Virus record (IMG/VR): IMGVR_UViG_3300033407_000965
Coordinates: 1 to 53,627 of that record
From: a virus
Taxonomy: Duplodnaviria; Caudoviricetes
Strand: one strand, 5' to 3'
DNA: 53,627 nucleotides
Under the pieces are notes generated by a model. That model did no database searches and had not been told where the DNA came from. It saw nothing but the letters and a program-made list of their open reading frames with translations. The translations under genes and the position numbers were made by a program. Below, in pieces: positions 9,581-18,688 of this stretch (position 1 is its first letter; each line of letters begins with the position of its first letter).

Positions 9581-9839
9581 CGGGGCGAGCGTCGGCGAGC
9601 TCGCGGACCGCATGCTGCGGCTGCTGAAGGCGACGGCGGAGACGGTCAGGCCCTGCCGGGAGTGCGGCGAGGTGCTCTACTTCGTGCGTGGGCGGACGGG
9701 GAGGTTGCTGCCCATGACCGAAACCGGGCTCAACCACTTCGCCGATTGCCCGGCGGCGGAGCGGTTTTGCAGGGAGCGATCGCGGACGAAGCGGTTTCGC
9801 GAGGGAAGCCGGGGGGAGGAAATGGAGACCGATCGATGA
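9573..9839 (+). CDS. Phage Zn-finger protein
   Basis: CRECGEVLYFVRGRTGRLLPM...NHFADCP pattern; GGAGG RBS. Confidence 0.7.
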   Translation: MADGASVGELADRMLRLLKATAETVRPCRECGEVLYFVRGRTGRLLPMTETGLNHFADCPAAERFCRERSRTKRFREGSRGEEMETDR

Positions 9840-10069
9840 CGCGAAACCGGGCGACGGCGGAAGAGGTTCTGGACACGCTCGCGGAGCTGACGCCGAGCGA
9901 GGTGCGGGACGTGCTCGACGGCTTGGGTTTGGGTGAAGCGACGGTCACGCGGGAAGAAGTCGGCCCGTCGAGGCTAGGGTACTTCCAGGAGACCGAGCGG
10001 AGTGCGACGGAGGTGGCGGTGGAGGCCCTGCGCATACGCCCGCGCAAACCCGCTCGAGTGAGGGCGTGA
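9836..10069 (+). CDS. Hypothetical protein
   Basis: ATGA coupling, GGAG RBS. Confidence 0.55.
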   Translation: MTRNRATAEEVLDTLAELTPSEVRDVLDGLGLGEATVTREEVGPSRLGYFQETERSATEVAVEALRIRPRKPARVRA

Positions 10070-10533
10070 ACCGGCGTTGTCGTGTGTGCGGATGTACGGA
10101 CGCGCGGCCTTGCGCGGTCGGCTGCGCCTGGCTGACCGCGGACCTCTGCACGGCGTGCGCGTGGATGGAGCCGCTGCTCGCGGAGGAGCGCGACGCGCTG
10201 GCCGAGGCGGGCGGGATCGCGGTCGGGTCGCTGGGCGCGTGGAGTCTGGCGGTCGCGCCGGCGTCAGTTACGAGTTTGAACGATGATGAGAACGATGATG
10301 AGGCGGGCGGGATCACGGTGCTGATATGGGTGCCGCATGCGGTGTCCACCGCGGGGCTGTTCACGCTGGGGCCGCCGGCGATGAGCCTGGGGCTGGGTGT
10401 CGGCGTCATCGCCAACCGTCTGCAGGACGTTGGGATCCCCTGGGAGCCGCCGGCGGACGATTGGGACGCGATGAAGGCCGGGATGATGTTGGCCAGCGAG
10501 CCGGCGGAGGAGGTGGCGGCGAAATGGGCATGA
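10066..10533 (+). CDS. Phage protein with N-terminal Cys-rich Zn finger
   Basis: CRVCGCTDARPCAVGCAWLTADLCTAC. Confidence 0.7.
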   Translation: MNRRCRVCGCTDARPCAVGCAWLTADLCTACAWMEPLLAEERDALAEAGGIAVGSLGAWSLAVAPASVTSLNDDENDDEAGGITVLIWVPHAVSTAGLFTLGPPAMSLGLGVGVIANRLQDVGIPWEPPADDWDAMKAGMMLASEPAEEVAAKWA

Positions 10534-11024
10534 CGCGGGAGGAGGTGCGGGCGGTGGTCATGGGGTGCATTCGGGAGATGCGCTGGAGAATGCAGCTCCA
10601 GCAGTGGGAGATCGACGTCGAGTATACGCGGCTGGAGGATGCTGGTGACCGCTGCACCATCGCGGACTGCAGTGTGACCCCCGGCTATCAACACGCCTTG
10701 GTGCGCATCGACCCGGAGCATTGCACCGACCCGGCGGGGGTGCAGCGGGCGCTGCGGCATGAGCTGCTCCACATCCTGCACGCCGATTTCATCACCGTCT
10801 TCGAGACCGCGGCGGAGGCGCTGCCGGCGGACGTGGAGCGTTGCGTACGCCACGTCTTCCACGTCGCCAAGGAATCCTTCGTCCGGCGAATCGAGAACCT
10901 GCTGGACTACGGCCTGGGCGAGTCACCGCAGCGCATGGCCAGGCCCATCGTGCCCGGCGAATACCCGAACGCGGTCCCGGTGACGGAGACGACGGCGGCC
11001 GACGAGACGGAGGCCAGTGGATGA
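10530..11024 (+). CDS. Zincin-like metallopeptidase domain protein
   Basis: HExxH motif in ALRHELLHILH, preceded by LQQWEIDV...ALVRID. Confidence 0.7.
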   Translation: MTREEVRAVVMGCIREMRWRMQLQQWEIDVEYTRLEDAGDRCTIADCSVTPGYQHALVRIDPEHCTDPAGVQRALRHELLHILHADFITVFETAAEALPADVERCVRHVFHVAKESFVRRIENLLDYGLGESPQRMARPIVPGEYPNAVPVTETTAADETEASG

Positions 11025-11230
11025 CGGAGCAGGAAAGGGACGAAGGGACGAAGGGACAGGGGGATCCTGCGGCGGCGCTGGCTGCGGAGCTGCGATGTCT
11101 GGCCGACATGCTCGAGGCCGACCCCCGGGGGGCGTGTGCGTTCGTGGTCGGGGTGGTGGAGCGGTTGGCCCGGCGGGCGACGTATGCCGCGGGAACTGAG
11201 CACGGAGAAAACGCGGAGGGCGGGGCATGA
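11021..11230 (+). CDS. Small hypothetical protein with an in-frame 8-bp repeat triplet near the N-terminus
   Basis: GGAGG RBS, ATGA coupling at both ends. Confidence 0.55.
   Translation: MTEQERDEGTKGQGDPAAALAAELRCLADMLEADPRGACAFVVGVVERLARRATYAAGTEHGENAEGGA
11034..11057 (+). repeat. 8-bp tandem array AAAGGGAC(GAAGGGAC)2
   Basis: Read directly; 24 bp, frame-neutral. Confidence 0.9.
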
Positions 11231-11445
11231 AAGGAGTCACGGCGGTGAAATCGGAAAAGGACTGGAAGGCCGAGAACGACGCCAACACGATCGCGGAGGC
11301 GGAGGCCATCAAGGCCGACAAGGAGCGGCTGGCCGGGGCGAAGAAAGCGGCCGCGAAAATGGCCAAGGAGCAGCGGGCCAGGGCCGACGGCTTGACCAAG
11401 CTCGCCGGGCGCAGGTCGGGTCGCGGTCGCTCGCGAAAACGCTGA
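11227..11445 (+). CDS. Small basic helical phage protein (EKDWKAENDANTIAEAEAIKADKERLAGAKK)
   Basis: RBS and ATGA coupling; directly upstream of terminase. Confidence 0.7.
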   Translation: MKGVTAVKSEKDWKAENDANTIAEAEAIKADKERLAGAKKAAAKMAKEQRARADGLTKLAGRRSGRGRSRKR

Positions 11446-11448
11446 TGC

Positions 11449-13149
11449 GTGAAGGTCCGGCTACCCAAACTCACCAAGCGGCAGCGCGAGCAGGTCCGCC
11501 GCCGGCGGGGATTGGACGCGGCGCAGCTGGATGAGTACCGGCGCTGCGCGCCCACGCGCGGGGCCTCGGGCTTCTTCTACTGGCTCCAGCACTTCTGCGT
11601 CATCTACGACTACGAGAAGAAGCGGCCGGTCAAGTTCGATCCCTTCGCCGGCCAGCGGCGCTTGATCCCCGACCTGGCCACGGGCGTGTGGCTGGTGATC
11701 CTGAAGGGGCGCCAGCTTGGGGTTACCTGGCTGATCGCGGCCTGGGCCCTGTACAACATCACGTTCCGAAGCACGTACAACGTCTCGGTGGTCTTTCAGC
11801 AGCTCGAGTACGCGTACGACTTCATCTGGCGCATCAAGTACATGTACGAGCGGCTGCCCCAGTGGCAGCGGAAGGCGATCACCGACTCGAACAAGCGTAC
11901 CCTCGGCTGGCGGGCGGACGGCAGCGATTGCCGCGTGCGGGCGTTCGCCGGTTCCCCGCGGGCCGGCCGGTCGCTGACCGGGGACTTGATCGTGCTGGAC
12001 GAGGCCAGCCGGATCCCGTACCTCGCGGACGTCATGCAGGCCCTCGAGCCGACGATCGAGGTCGGCAGCGGCCAGTTCATCCAGCTTTCGACGTCGGCCG
12101 GGCCGCAGGGGATCTTCTACGAGGTCTGGCAGGAGACGTACGGGGACTACGGCGAGCTGCTGGACGAGCGGGGCGTCGGGCCCTCGGGCTTCAAGCCGGT
12201 GTTCCTGCACTGGTCGGAGCGGCGGGGCCGGGACCACGAATGGTACGCCCGCGAGAAACGCCGCCTGGACCGCATCAGCCCGGTGGCGATGAAGCAGGAG
12301 CATCCCGACAACCCGCAGGAGGCGTTCGAGTTCGCCGCGGGGCGGGTGTATCCCCTGTTCACGCGCGAGCGCTGCATCGGCGACATCGAGATCCCGACGA
12401 CGGGCGAGCGCTACCGGGCGATCGACTGGGGTCAGTCGGCGTCGGCCCAAGTGTGCTTGTGGCTCGCGCATGTGCCTGGCCCGCCGGGGGTTCTCGTGTC
12501 GCCGAAGTGCCCCAACACGATCCGGGAGTTTTTCGCGTACCGCTACGACGACGAGCGCCCGGGCGAGGTCCTCAAAGTCGACGATCACTGCCCGGACGCG
12601 GTGCGCTACGCGGTGGTCACCTTCCGGCTGACCGGGCTGGTCTACGTGTATCGGGAGCTCTACATCAAGGATTCCGTGGCCCGCGGCTGGAACCCCATGA
12701 CCGAAATCGCGGAGATCCACGAGCTGTCCGGGTGGGAGCGGGCGGAGCCCAAGGAGAGCTACGCCTCGTGGGTGCGGGGCCGCCGCGGGGAGGCCTTCGA
12801 GGGGACCGTGGCAGACCGTTCCTGGCCGAAGATGATCGCCCTGTTCAACCTCCACGACCTCTACGTGCGGCCCCACGAGCCGATCCGTGGGAAAAAAGGC
12901 AAGAAGGGGCTGTTGACAGACCCGCCGCTGCGCGAGACAAAGGAGGGGATACGGCTGGTCAGCGCCTTGATCGAGGGGAGTGCGTGCCTGGACAGGTTGG
13001 TGGACGTGACGCGTGATGCGCAGGCGCTGACGCTACTGGCCGACCACGAGGGCCGGTCGACCCCGGGCGTGTCGCACAGTCTCAGTCACACCGCTCTGCT
13101 CGCCGCAGCGAAGCGACTCCGCAAGGCCAAGGCAAGGAGGACGCCATGA
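11449..13149 (+). CDS. terL: Terminase large subunit
   Basis: Walker A ILKGRQLGVTW, Walker B LIVLDEA, coupling motif LSTS, nuclease motifs AIDWG and DDHCPDAVRY. Confidence 0.93.
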   Translation: MKVRLPKLTKRQREQVRRRRGLDAAQLDEYRRCAPTRGASGFFYWLQHFCVIYDYEKKRPVKFDPFAGQRRLIPDLATGVWLVILKGRQLGVTWLIAAWALYNITFRSTYNVSVVFQQLEYAYDFIWRIKYMYERLPQWQRKAITDSNKRTLGWRADGSDCRVRAFAGSPRAGRSLTGDLIVLDEASRIPYLADVMQALEPTIEVGSGQFIQLSTSAGPQGIFYEVWQETYGDYGELLDERGVGPSGFKPVFLHWSERRGRDHEWYAREKRRLDRISPVAMKQEHPDNPQEAFEFAAGRVYPLFTRERCIGDIEIPTTGERYRAIDWGQSASAQVCLWLAHVPGPPGVLVSPKCPNTIREFFAYRYDDERPGEVLKVDDHCPDAVRYAVVTFRLTGLVYVYRELYIKDSVARGWNPMTEIAEIHELSGWERAEPKESYASWVRGRRGEAFEGTVADRSWPKMIALFNLHDLYVRPHEPIRGKKGKKGLLTDPPLRETKEGIRLVSALIEGSACLDRLVDVTRDAQALTLLADHEGRSTPGVSHSLSHTALLAAAKRLRKAKARRTP

Positions 13150-13364
13150 ACGTCGAGGACCAGATCCGCGGGCTCAGCCAGCGCCTCGGGGCGGTGGAAC
13201 ACGAGCTCATGCACCTGCGGGCGGCTGTGAACCTTCAGGCCCCGCCACGCCATCTGGCGGACGGCAGTGACTTGCCGGAAGCCGCGGCCACCGGGCCCGA
13301 GCCTCGTACGCAGACCGCGCGTCCCGTGCCTCCTGGGCCGCCGCATCCTCCGCGCGAAGCCTGA
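13146..13364 (+). CDS. Small coiled-coil/Pro-rich protein
   Basis: AAGGAGG RBS, ATGA coupling. Confidence 0.6.
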   Translation: MNVEDQIRGLSQRLGAVEHELMHLRAAVNLQAPPRHLADGSDLPEAAATGPEPRTQTARPVPPGPPHPPREA

Positions 13365-13471
13365 CCCGACATGGTCGGCTGAGGCCGGCCTGTCTCTCCG
13401 CGATCGACTCTCCCGCCTGAGTGACGGCAGGCAGCCCCGAACGCTCCGCGTTCGGATGGAGCCTGTGCAGC

Positions 13472-13894
13472 ATGGGCAACATGGCCCCGCAGCGTAACGA
13501 GGCCTGGCGCAAGGTGATGGACGCCGCGACGCTGAGCGAGGAGAAGTTCAGCGACGCGTTCAAGGTCGCCTTCGCCCTTGAGGGCGATAAGCCTCGACCG
13601 GGATCCATCGGTTTCGAGTGCCGGGTCCAGGTGGCCGGCGGCACCACGGACGACACCGAGGTGCGCGTCTACTCCTGCCCCGACGGCGACCCCGACCTGC
13701 GCAGCAGCGTGGCCGAGGACGCCCGGCTGCTGGCCACGGCGGTCAAGGATCCCCTCCTCGCGAACTTCTGGTGCGACTGGCAGACGGTGGTGAGCGGGGC
13801 GCAGATCAGCCTCAAACCGACTGGAGCGACCGTGGACATGGTGGGAACGATCTGGATCCGCCGCTTCTGGATGGGCAACCCGGCGAGGATGTAG
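13472..13894 (+). CDS. Hypothetical beta-rich virion protein
   Basis: GGAG RBS upstream; coding-like codon bias; start 13472 or 13481. Confidence 0.6.
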   Translation: MGNMAPQRNEAWRKVMDAATLSEEKFSDAFKVAFALEGDKPRPGSIGFECRVQVAGGTTDDTEVRVYSCPDGDPDLRSSVAEDARLLATAVKDPLLANFWCDWQTVVSGAQISLKPTGATVDMVGTIWIRRFWMGNPARM

Positions 13895-13896
13895 CG

Positions 13897-14649
13897 ATGC
13901 GGTATCCGCCCAGCTTGAGGCCGAGCACGCGATCACCGGGTGCGGTGCGCCTGGCGCACCGCCTGTTCGCCCGGCCGTCGCTGCGTCTGGCGCTGGTGGG
14001 CTCGGCCTGGAGCGGGGAGCGGCCGACGCGCTGGATCAACTACGCAGCGCTCCGCCGGCGCAACGGCGACTGCACGATCAGTGGCACACCGGGTCCGTGG
14101 CAGATCGGCCGCTGGGGGCGATACGTGAACCTGCTGTCGGCCTCCGCCGGCCAGGTCCTCACGCAATTCGGGGTCAGCGGCTGGGAGCAGGGCACCTTCA
14201 TCGGCCTCATCCGCCAGCCGACGCCGGGCACGACGGCCTGGATCGCCACCGACTCCGACGCCGTGTTCGACGAGAGCATCCGCTGGTATGCGGACAACAG
14301 CGCGGACCAGTACACAGTGCAGTTTCCCAACGTTGTTTCGCTGACGGTCAGCAGTGCCGGCGGGACGGTGGTGTGGAACGAGTGGGTGATGGTTCAGGTG
14401 TCCTGGGGCCTCAACAGTTCCTTATTTGAGCTGCTGGGGACGCGGATGTGGCGGGATGGCGTGTTGATCGCGGACGACCCCAGCGCCGTCGCGCCGCGAG
14501 CGACGACCGCGAAGCTGAAGCTCGCCTCGGCGCCCGGCGTTCCCAGCTCCGCCAATTTGGACGTGGCTTTCTTCGGGGTGTGGCGGGAAATGCTCGGCGG
14601 GTGGGCGAGCCGGGCATTGATGGCCGGACGATCACGTGTGGCGGCTTGA
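13897..14649 (+). CDS. LamG/concanavalin-A-like domain virion protein
   Basis: VVWNEWVMVQVSW...TRMWRDGVL...FFGVWREML pattern. Confidence 0.65.
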   Translation: MRYPPSLRPSTRSPGAVRLAHRLFARPSLRLALVGSAWSGERPTRWINYAALRRRNGDCTISGTPGPWQIGRWGRYVNLLSASAGQVLTQFGVSGWEQGTFIGLIRQPTPGTTAWIATDSDAVFDESIRWYADNSADQYTVQFPNVVSLTVSSAGGTVVWNEWVMVQVSWGLNSSLFELLGTRMWRDGVLIADDPSAVAPRATTAKLKLASAPGVPSSANLDVAFFGVWREMLGGWASRALMAGRSRVAA

Positions 14650-14665
14650 GTTGGGGTTCCCACTG

Positions 14666-14935
14666 ATGAAGTCGGCGATGGCTGTGGCGGTAGGGATGCT
14701 GGTCGCACAGGCAGGCAAGGAGGCCGTCGTGCCCCCGACGACGTGGACGGACTTTGTCGACCTGGGCGTGACCGGAGGCATGGTGGCGGTGGTCTACCTC
14801 TTCCTCAGGGCGTTCCAGACCCACAACGCCAAGCTCGAAGCCGTGCTGGAGCACAACACGATTGCACTGCGGGAAAACTCCAGGGCCCTCGGTGCGATCA
14901 CCGAGGTGTGCCGGGAGCTCAACCAACGGAGGTGA
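14666..14935 (+). CDS. Holin-like small membrane protein (TM plus coiled coil)
   Basis: DLGVTGGMVAVVYLFLR TM followed by HNTIALRENSRAL coiled coil, a BhlA-like layout. Confidence 0.55.
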   Translation: MKSAMAVAVGMLVAQAGKEAVVPPTTWTDFVDLGVTGGMVAVVYLFLRAFQTHNAKLEAVLEHNTIALRENSRALGAITEVCRELNQRR

Positions 14936-14939
14936 GTCG

Positions 14940-15167
14940 ATGCGTGGACGATGGTTTCGCGTTTGGGTGCTGTTTATGCTGTGCCTGCCGGCCGCGGGAT
15001 GCAGTGGGACGTTCCCGGAGATGAACCTGACCCTCGGCGAGGTCACGTACAGCAAGGAGCAAGGACTTGCCGCGAAGGCCGCCGAGCTCGAAGTCAAGCC
15101 GGGTGGCTCGGTCGCGTTCGGGGCGGCGGCCAAGCCCTGCGCTCAGCCCGGGGAACCTGGTTCCTGA
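14940..15167 (+). CDS. Small lipoprotein, possible spanin
   Basis: Signal peptide with lipobox-like LPAAG|C; GGAGG RBS; follows the holin-like gene. Confidence 0.6.
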   Translation: MRGRWFRVWVLFMLCLPAAGCSGTFPEMNLTLGEVTYSKEQGLAAKAAELEVKPGGSVAFGAAAKPCAQPGEPGS

Positions 15168-15289
15168 CGGGTGGGGGCGTTGGTCCTGGCTGAAGCGGCT
15201 GAACCATCTGGCGAGCGTTTGCGAAGAGGCCAATCCGCAGCGCGCCGCGGAGCTGAGGCGGTGGGCGGCGGCGGTGAAGGAGGAGTGCG

Positions 15290-15433
15290 ATGCCCAGAGT
15301 CGGCAAGAGGAAGTTTTCCTACACCAAGCGGGGCCGCAAGGCGGCCAAACGCTATGCCCGAGCGACCGACGGGAAGATGGTGGAGGAGAAGAAGAAGAAG
15401 GGCGGCAACGGTAGTAGCCGCATGAACGGGTAG
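15290..15433 (+). CDS. 47-aa highly basic phage microprotein (MPRVGKRKFSYTKRGRKAAKRYARATDGKM...)
   Basis: AAGGAGGAG RBS, ATG 15290, TAG 15431-15433; not in the ORF track. Confidence 0.75.
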   Translation: MPRVGKRKFSYTKRGRKAAKRYARATDGKMVEEKKKKGGNGSSRMNG

Positions 15434-15499
15434 CAGGAGCTGGCCGCCCGGAATCGCGGCCGGGCGGCATGCGGCGCGCGTCACCGCGCTGCGCCAGTG

Positions 15500-15535
15500 A
15501 CGGGGCGCGGCCTTGATCGGTTCGCGCCCCGTTTT
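15500..15535 (+). terminator. Hairpin with short U tract directly upstream of the portal RBS
   Basis: ACGGGGCGCG (15500-15509) pairs with CGCGCCCCGT (15523-15532), followed by TTT. Confidence 0.4.
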
Positions 15536-15547
15536 CGTGGAGGCGAC

Positions 15548-17797
15548 GTGGTCCGGGATCGACGCGGTGATGTGGGTGACGCCAAGCCGATCTACGAGAT
15601 CGACTGGCGCAAGCCGGAGGCGATCCCGGACGTGGACCTCGTGGCCCTCGTCGAGACGCAGTACCGCGCCGGCAAGCAGCGCCGCTACGGCTGGGAGGCG
15701 CAGGCCGCGGAGCAGCTCGCCTGGGCGCGCGGCAACCAGCACCTGGTCTGGTCGCACGACGTGCGAGACCTGGTGCGGGAGGTGTTCGAGGAGAAGCCGC
15801 TGGAGTTTCGCAATCCGGTGGTGATTCCGAAGCTCAAGGGGGTCGTGCTCGGGTATCTGGGGATGACCATCGGGCACGCCCGGCCGAGCTGGATCGTGCA
15901 GCCGGCGACGCGGGACGACGACGACGTGGCCTCTGCGAACGTGTTGGGCAAGGTGCTGCACTGGTACTGGACCAAGGGCGGTGACCGAGGAACGCTGATG
16001 AAGTTGATCGACGGGCTGTGGATGGTCTTCTGCACCGGCGTGGTGTTCGCCAAGCCGACGTGGGACCCCACCCTCGGCGAGACCGACCGCTTCACCGCGG
16101 AAACGCTTCTCTCCGCGGGCGAGACGGTGGAGTCGGACAGTCAGCGGAAGAAGCTGTTGGACCGCTTCCGGCAGTATGTCCGGGGCTTTGGGCGGAAGAT
16201 GAGCGACGAGCAGGAGGACCTGGAGCTGCCGCGGGGCGACCTGGTGGTCGACTTCATTTCGGGGTTCGACATCACCGAGCCGCGGAACGTCCAGAACGTC
16301 AACGGCGCGCCGTGGATGATGGAGTCGCGGTTCCGATCCATCGAGCACCTGACCGAGCGTTACGGCGAAGCCGCGGACGAGGTCCAGCCGGACGAGGACA
16401 GCGAGGCCTACGACGCCCGCCGGCAGGAGCAGTACCGCGGCTGGCGGGATTACACCGGCAACGAGCCGGACGCGGTGCCCAGCGAGGAGGCTTTGACCCA
16501 CGAGTTCTGGCGGCCGCGGTCGCGCAGCGCGCCGGTCGGGGCGAAAATCGTGGTCGCCGACGGCAAGGTGCTCCACAAGGGGCCGCACCCCTACCTGCAC
16601 GGGCGGCTGCCGTTCATTCGGATCACCGAAATGCCCGACCCGGAGCACTTTAGGCCGGGCTGCTCCGTGCGCGACGCGATGTCGCTCCAGCGGGCCAAGA
16701 ATCATCAACGCAGCCAGCTCCACGGGCACCTCGAAACGACCGTCGATCCGAGGATCCTGGTCGAGAAGGAAGCGGGCATCCCGGACGACGCCTTCCTCAA
16801 GGGCCCGCGGCTGATCCCCTGCAAGGACAAGGACGCGGTCAGGGCCTGGGAGCCGCCCCATCCCCCGGCGTACATGGGCGACCTCGACCGGATGAACGAC
16901 CGCGACTTCGAGGACGTCACCGGGCTGCATCGGTCCAGCTACGGCGACACCGAGTTCGCTGGGCAGAGCGGCCGACACGCCCAGATGCTCCGGGAGGGGG
17001 ACGCCCGCCGGCTGTCGGTGGTGCGGCTCGGGCTGGAGCTTTCGATGGCCGCGGCCGGCCAGCAGATGGCGTGGCTGCTGTGGGAGTTCGTCAGCGTCGA
17101 GCGGAGCCTGACCATCACCGGCCCCAGCCGTCGGAGCGAGGTCGTGACGTTCAAAGGTCGCGAGGGCCTGAGCAGGAACGCGCCGTTCGGTCCGCACGAG
17201 TTCAACGTGGAGGTGCAGCTGGGCACCGAGCCGGACATGAACACCGTGCTGGGCAAGATCGAGCTGCTCAGCCGGTACAGGATCATCAACCCGGAGCGCG
17301 AGCAGGACCGGCTGATGGTGATGCGCTGGCTGGGTGAGCAGGTGCCCTCGGAGACAGACGAGGCGGCGAGCCACCGCGTGCTGGCCAGCGACGAGAACCG
17401 CCGCATGGCCCAGGGCGAAGCGCTGCGCGCCAACTACGGGGATGACGACCCCGTGCACCTGGAGGAGCACCTCCAGTTCACGACCACACCGGACTACCGG
17501 CGGGCCGCGGCGGGCAACACGGACGTCGAGCTCATCATGCAGATGCACCTGCGGCACCACATGGTACAGCGGGCGGACAAGGAGTTTCGGCCGATGGCGA
17601 TCGCCAAGGCGGTCCAGGCTCGGCTGGTGAGGGAATACGGGCTGGTCAGCGGCGGGAGCGCCCCCCAAGGGACCGGGGCGGCGGGAGCGACGCCGCGGCC
17701 GGCGGGCGGTCCCATGGCGCCCGGGCCCGGTGGCGCGGGAGGCGGCGGCAACGGCCGCATTGTCCCGCGGGCGCCGGCGGGCGCGAGGAGATTCTGA
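15548..17797 (+). CDS. Portal protein (P22/podovirus-like)
   Basis: About 750 aa between terminase and scaffold; VQPATRDDDDVASA, PYLHGRLPF, EDVTGLH...G...SG motifs; GGAGG RBS before GTG 15548. Confidence 0.88.
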   Translation: MVRDRRGDVGDAKPIYEIDWRKPEAIPDVDLVALVETQYRAGKQRRYGWEAQAAEQLAWARGNQHLVWSHDVRDLVREVFEEKPLEFRNPVVIPKLKGVVLGYLGMTIGHARPSWIVQPATRDDDDVASANVLGKVLHWYWTKGGDRGTLMKLIDGLWMVFCTGVVFAKPTWDPTLGETDRFTAETLLSAGETVESDSQRKKLLDRFRQYVRGFGRKMSDEQEDLELPRGDLVVDFISGFDITEPRNVQNVNGAPWMMESRFRSIEHLTERYGEAADEVQPDEDSEAYDARRQEQYRGWRDYTGNEPDAVPSEEALTHEFWRPRSRSAPVGAKIVVADGKVLHKGPHPYLHGRLPFIRITEMPDPEHFRPGCSVRDAMSLQRAKNHQRSQLHGHLETTVDPRILVEKEAGIPDDAFLKGPRLIPCKDKDAVRAWEPPHPPAYMGDLDRMNDRDFEDVTGLHRSSYGDTEFAGQSGRHAQMLREGDARRLSVVRLGLELSMAAAGQQMAWLLWEFVSVERSLTITGPSRRSEVVTFKGREGLSRNAPFGPHEFNVEVQLGTEPDMNTVLGKIELLSRYRIINPEREQDRLMVMRWLGEQVPSETDEAASHRVLASDENRRMAQGEALRANYGDDDPVHLEEHLQFTTTPDYRRAAAGNTDVELIMQMHLRHHMVQRADKEFRPMAIAKAVQARLVREYGLVSGGSAPQGTGAAGATPRPAGGPMAPGPGGAGGGGNGRIVPRAPAGARRF

Positions 17798-17800
17798 GCC

Positions 17801-18688
17801 ATGAGTATTGTTTGGTGGCTGATCGGGGCGTTGCTCGTGGCGGGGCTGTTGAGCTTCGCGGACGAGGGCGGCGGCGCGGGCGATGCTGGCGGAGAGGCGG
17901 AGGGTGACGCGGACGACGAGGGCGGTGACGGCGGTGACGGTGGTGACGGCGAGCTGGCGCCGACCGAGGACGAAAAGAAGCTGCTGGCGGCCATGCGGGC
18001 GCGGCGGCTGCCGCCGCAGCAGGTGCTCTACCGTGCGGCCCGCGACTACCAGCGGGAACAGGCCGAGCAGGGGGCCAAGGGCGGCGGGGCGAAGAGCGGC
18101 GCCGGCGACGACGGCGGCGGTGGGGGGAGCGACGACAAGAGCATTGCGACACTGGCGGACGTGCGCCGCGAAATCCACGAGACCGTCAAGAGCCTGGAGC
18201 GGCAGCAGAGCAAGGCCCAGGCCAACGCGGACATGCAGAAGATCGTCCAGGCGGAGATCGAACGGCACGAACGCTTCAGGGGCGCGTCGGAACGCAAGAG
18301 ACGGCAGATCGAGGCGGAAGCCTACGACCTGCTGGGCGAGGATCCGCGGCTCGCCAGCATGACGGTCAAGGAGTTCAACAGCGCCCTGGGGGCCGCGACC
18401 CGCAAGGCGATGGAGGCGGAGATGAAGGACAGCGAGACGCTGCGGGGCGCGGGACAGAGCAAGGAGGAGCTGGAGACGAGGCTGAAGGCGGCGGCCGGGG
18501 CCGCAGACTCCGCGGCGGGCGCGCGGCGCAGCGCCGGACCCGGGGAGACCCGATCCAGCCGCACGGTGGACCCGGAGAACCTGCAGTTCGGACCGGACGC
18601 CACCAAGTGGCCGACGGAGGCGGAGGTGCTCGCCGAGCAGGCCCGCGCCGCCGAGGCTCTGCAACGAAAACAGCGGGCGGCGGGGTAG
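17801..18688 (+). CDS. Capsid scaffolding protein
   Basis: Between portal and capsid; acidic Gly-rich N-region followed by coiled coils. Confidence 0.7.
   Translation: MSIVWWLIGALLVAGLLSFADEGGGAGDAGGEAEGDADDEGGDGGDGGDGELAPTEDEKKLLAAMRARRLPPQQVLYRAARDYQREQAEQGAKGGGAKSGAGDDGGGGGSDDKSIATLADVRREIHETVKSLERQQSKAQANADMQKIVQAEIERHERFRGASERKRRQIEAEAYDLLGEDPRLASMTVKEFNSALGAATRKAMEAEMKDSETLRGAGQSKEELETRLKAAAGAADSAAGARRSAGPGETRSSRTVDPENLQFGPDATKWPTEAEVLAEQARAAEALQRKQRAAG

Noticed and set aside
15143-18664. Very long minus-strand ORFs (1173 aa here; also 31987..34857, 34882..38790, 22958..25339, 11461..12876)
   Set aside because: Antisense shadows of GC-rich genes; no motifs, and the + strand carries clear portal, terminase, nozzle or DarB-like genes
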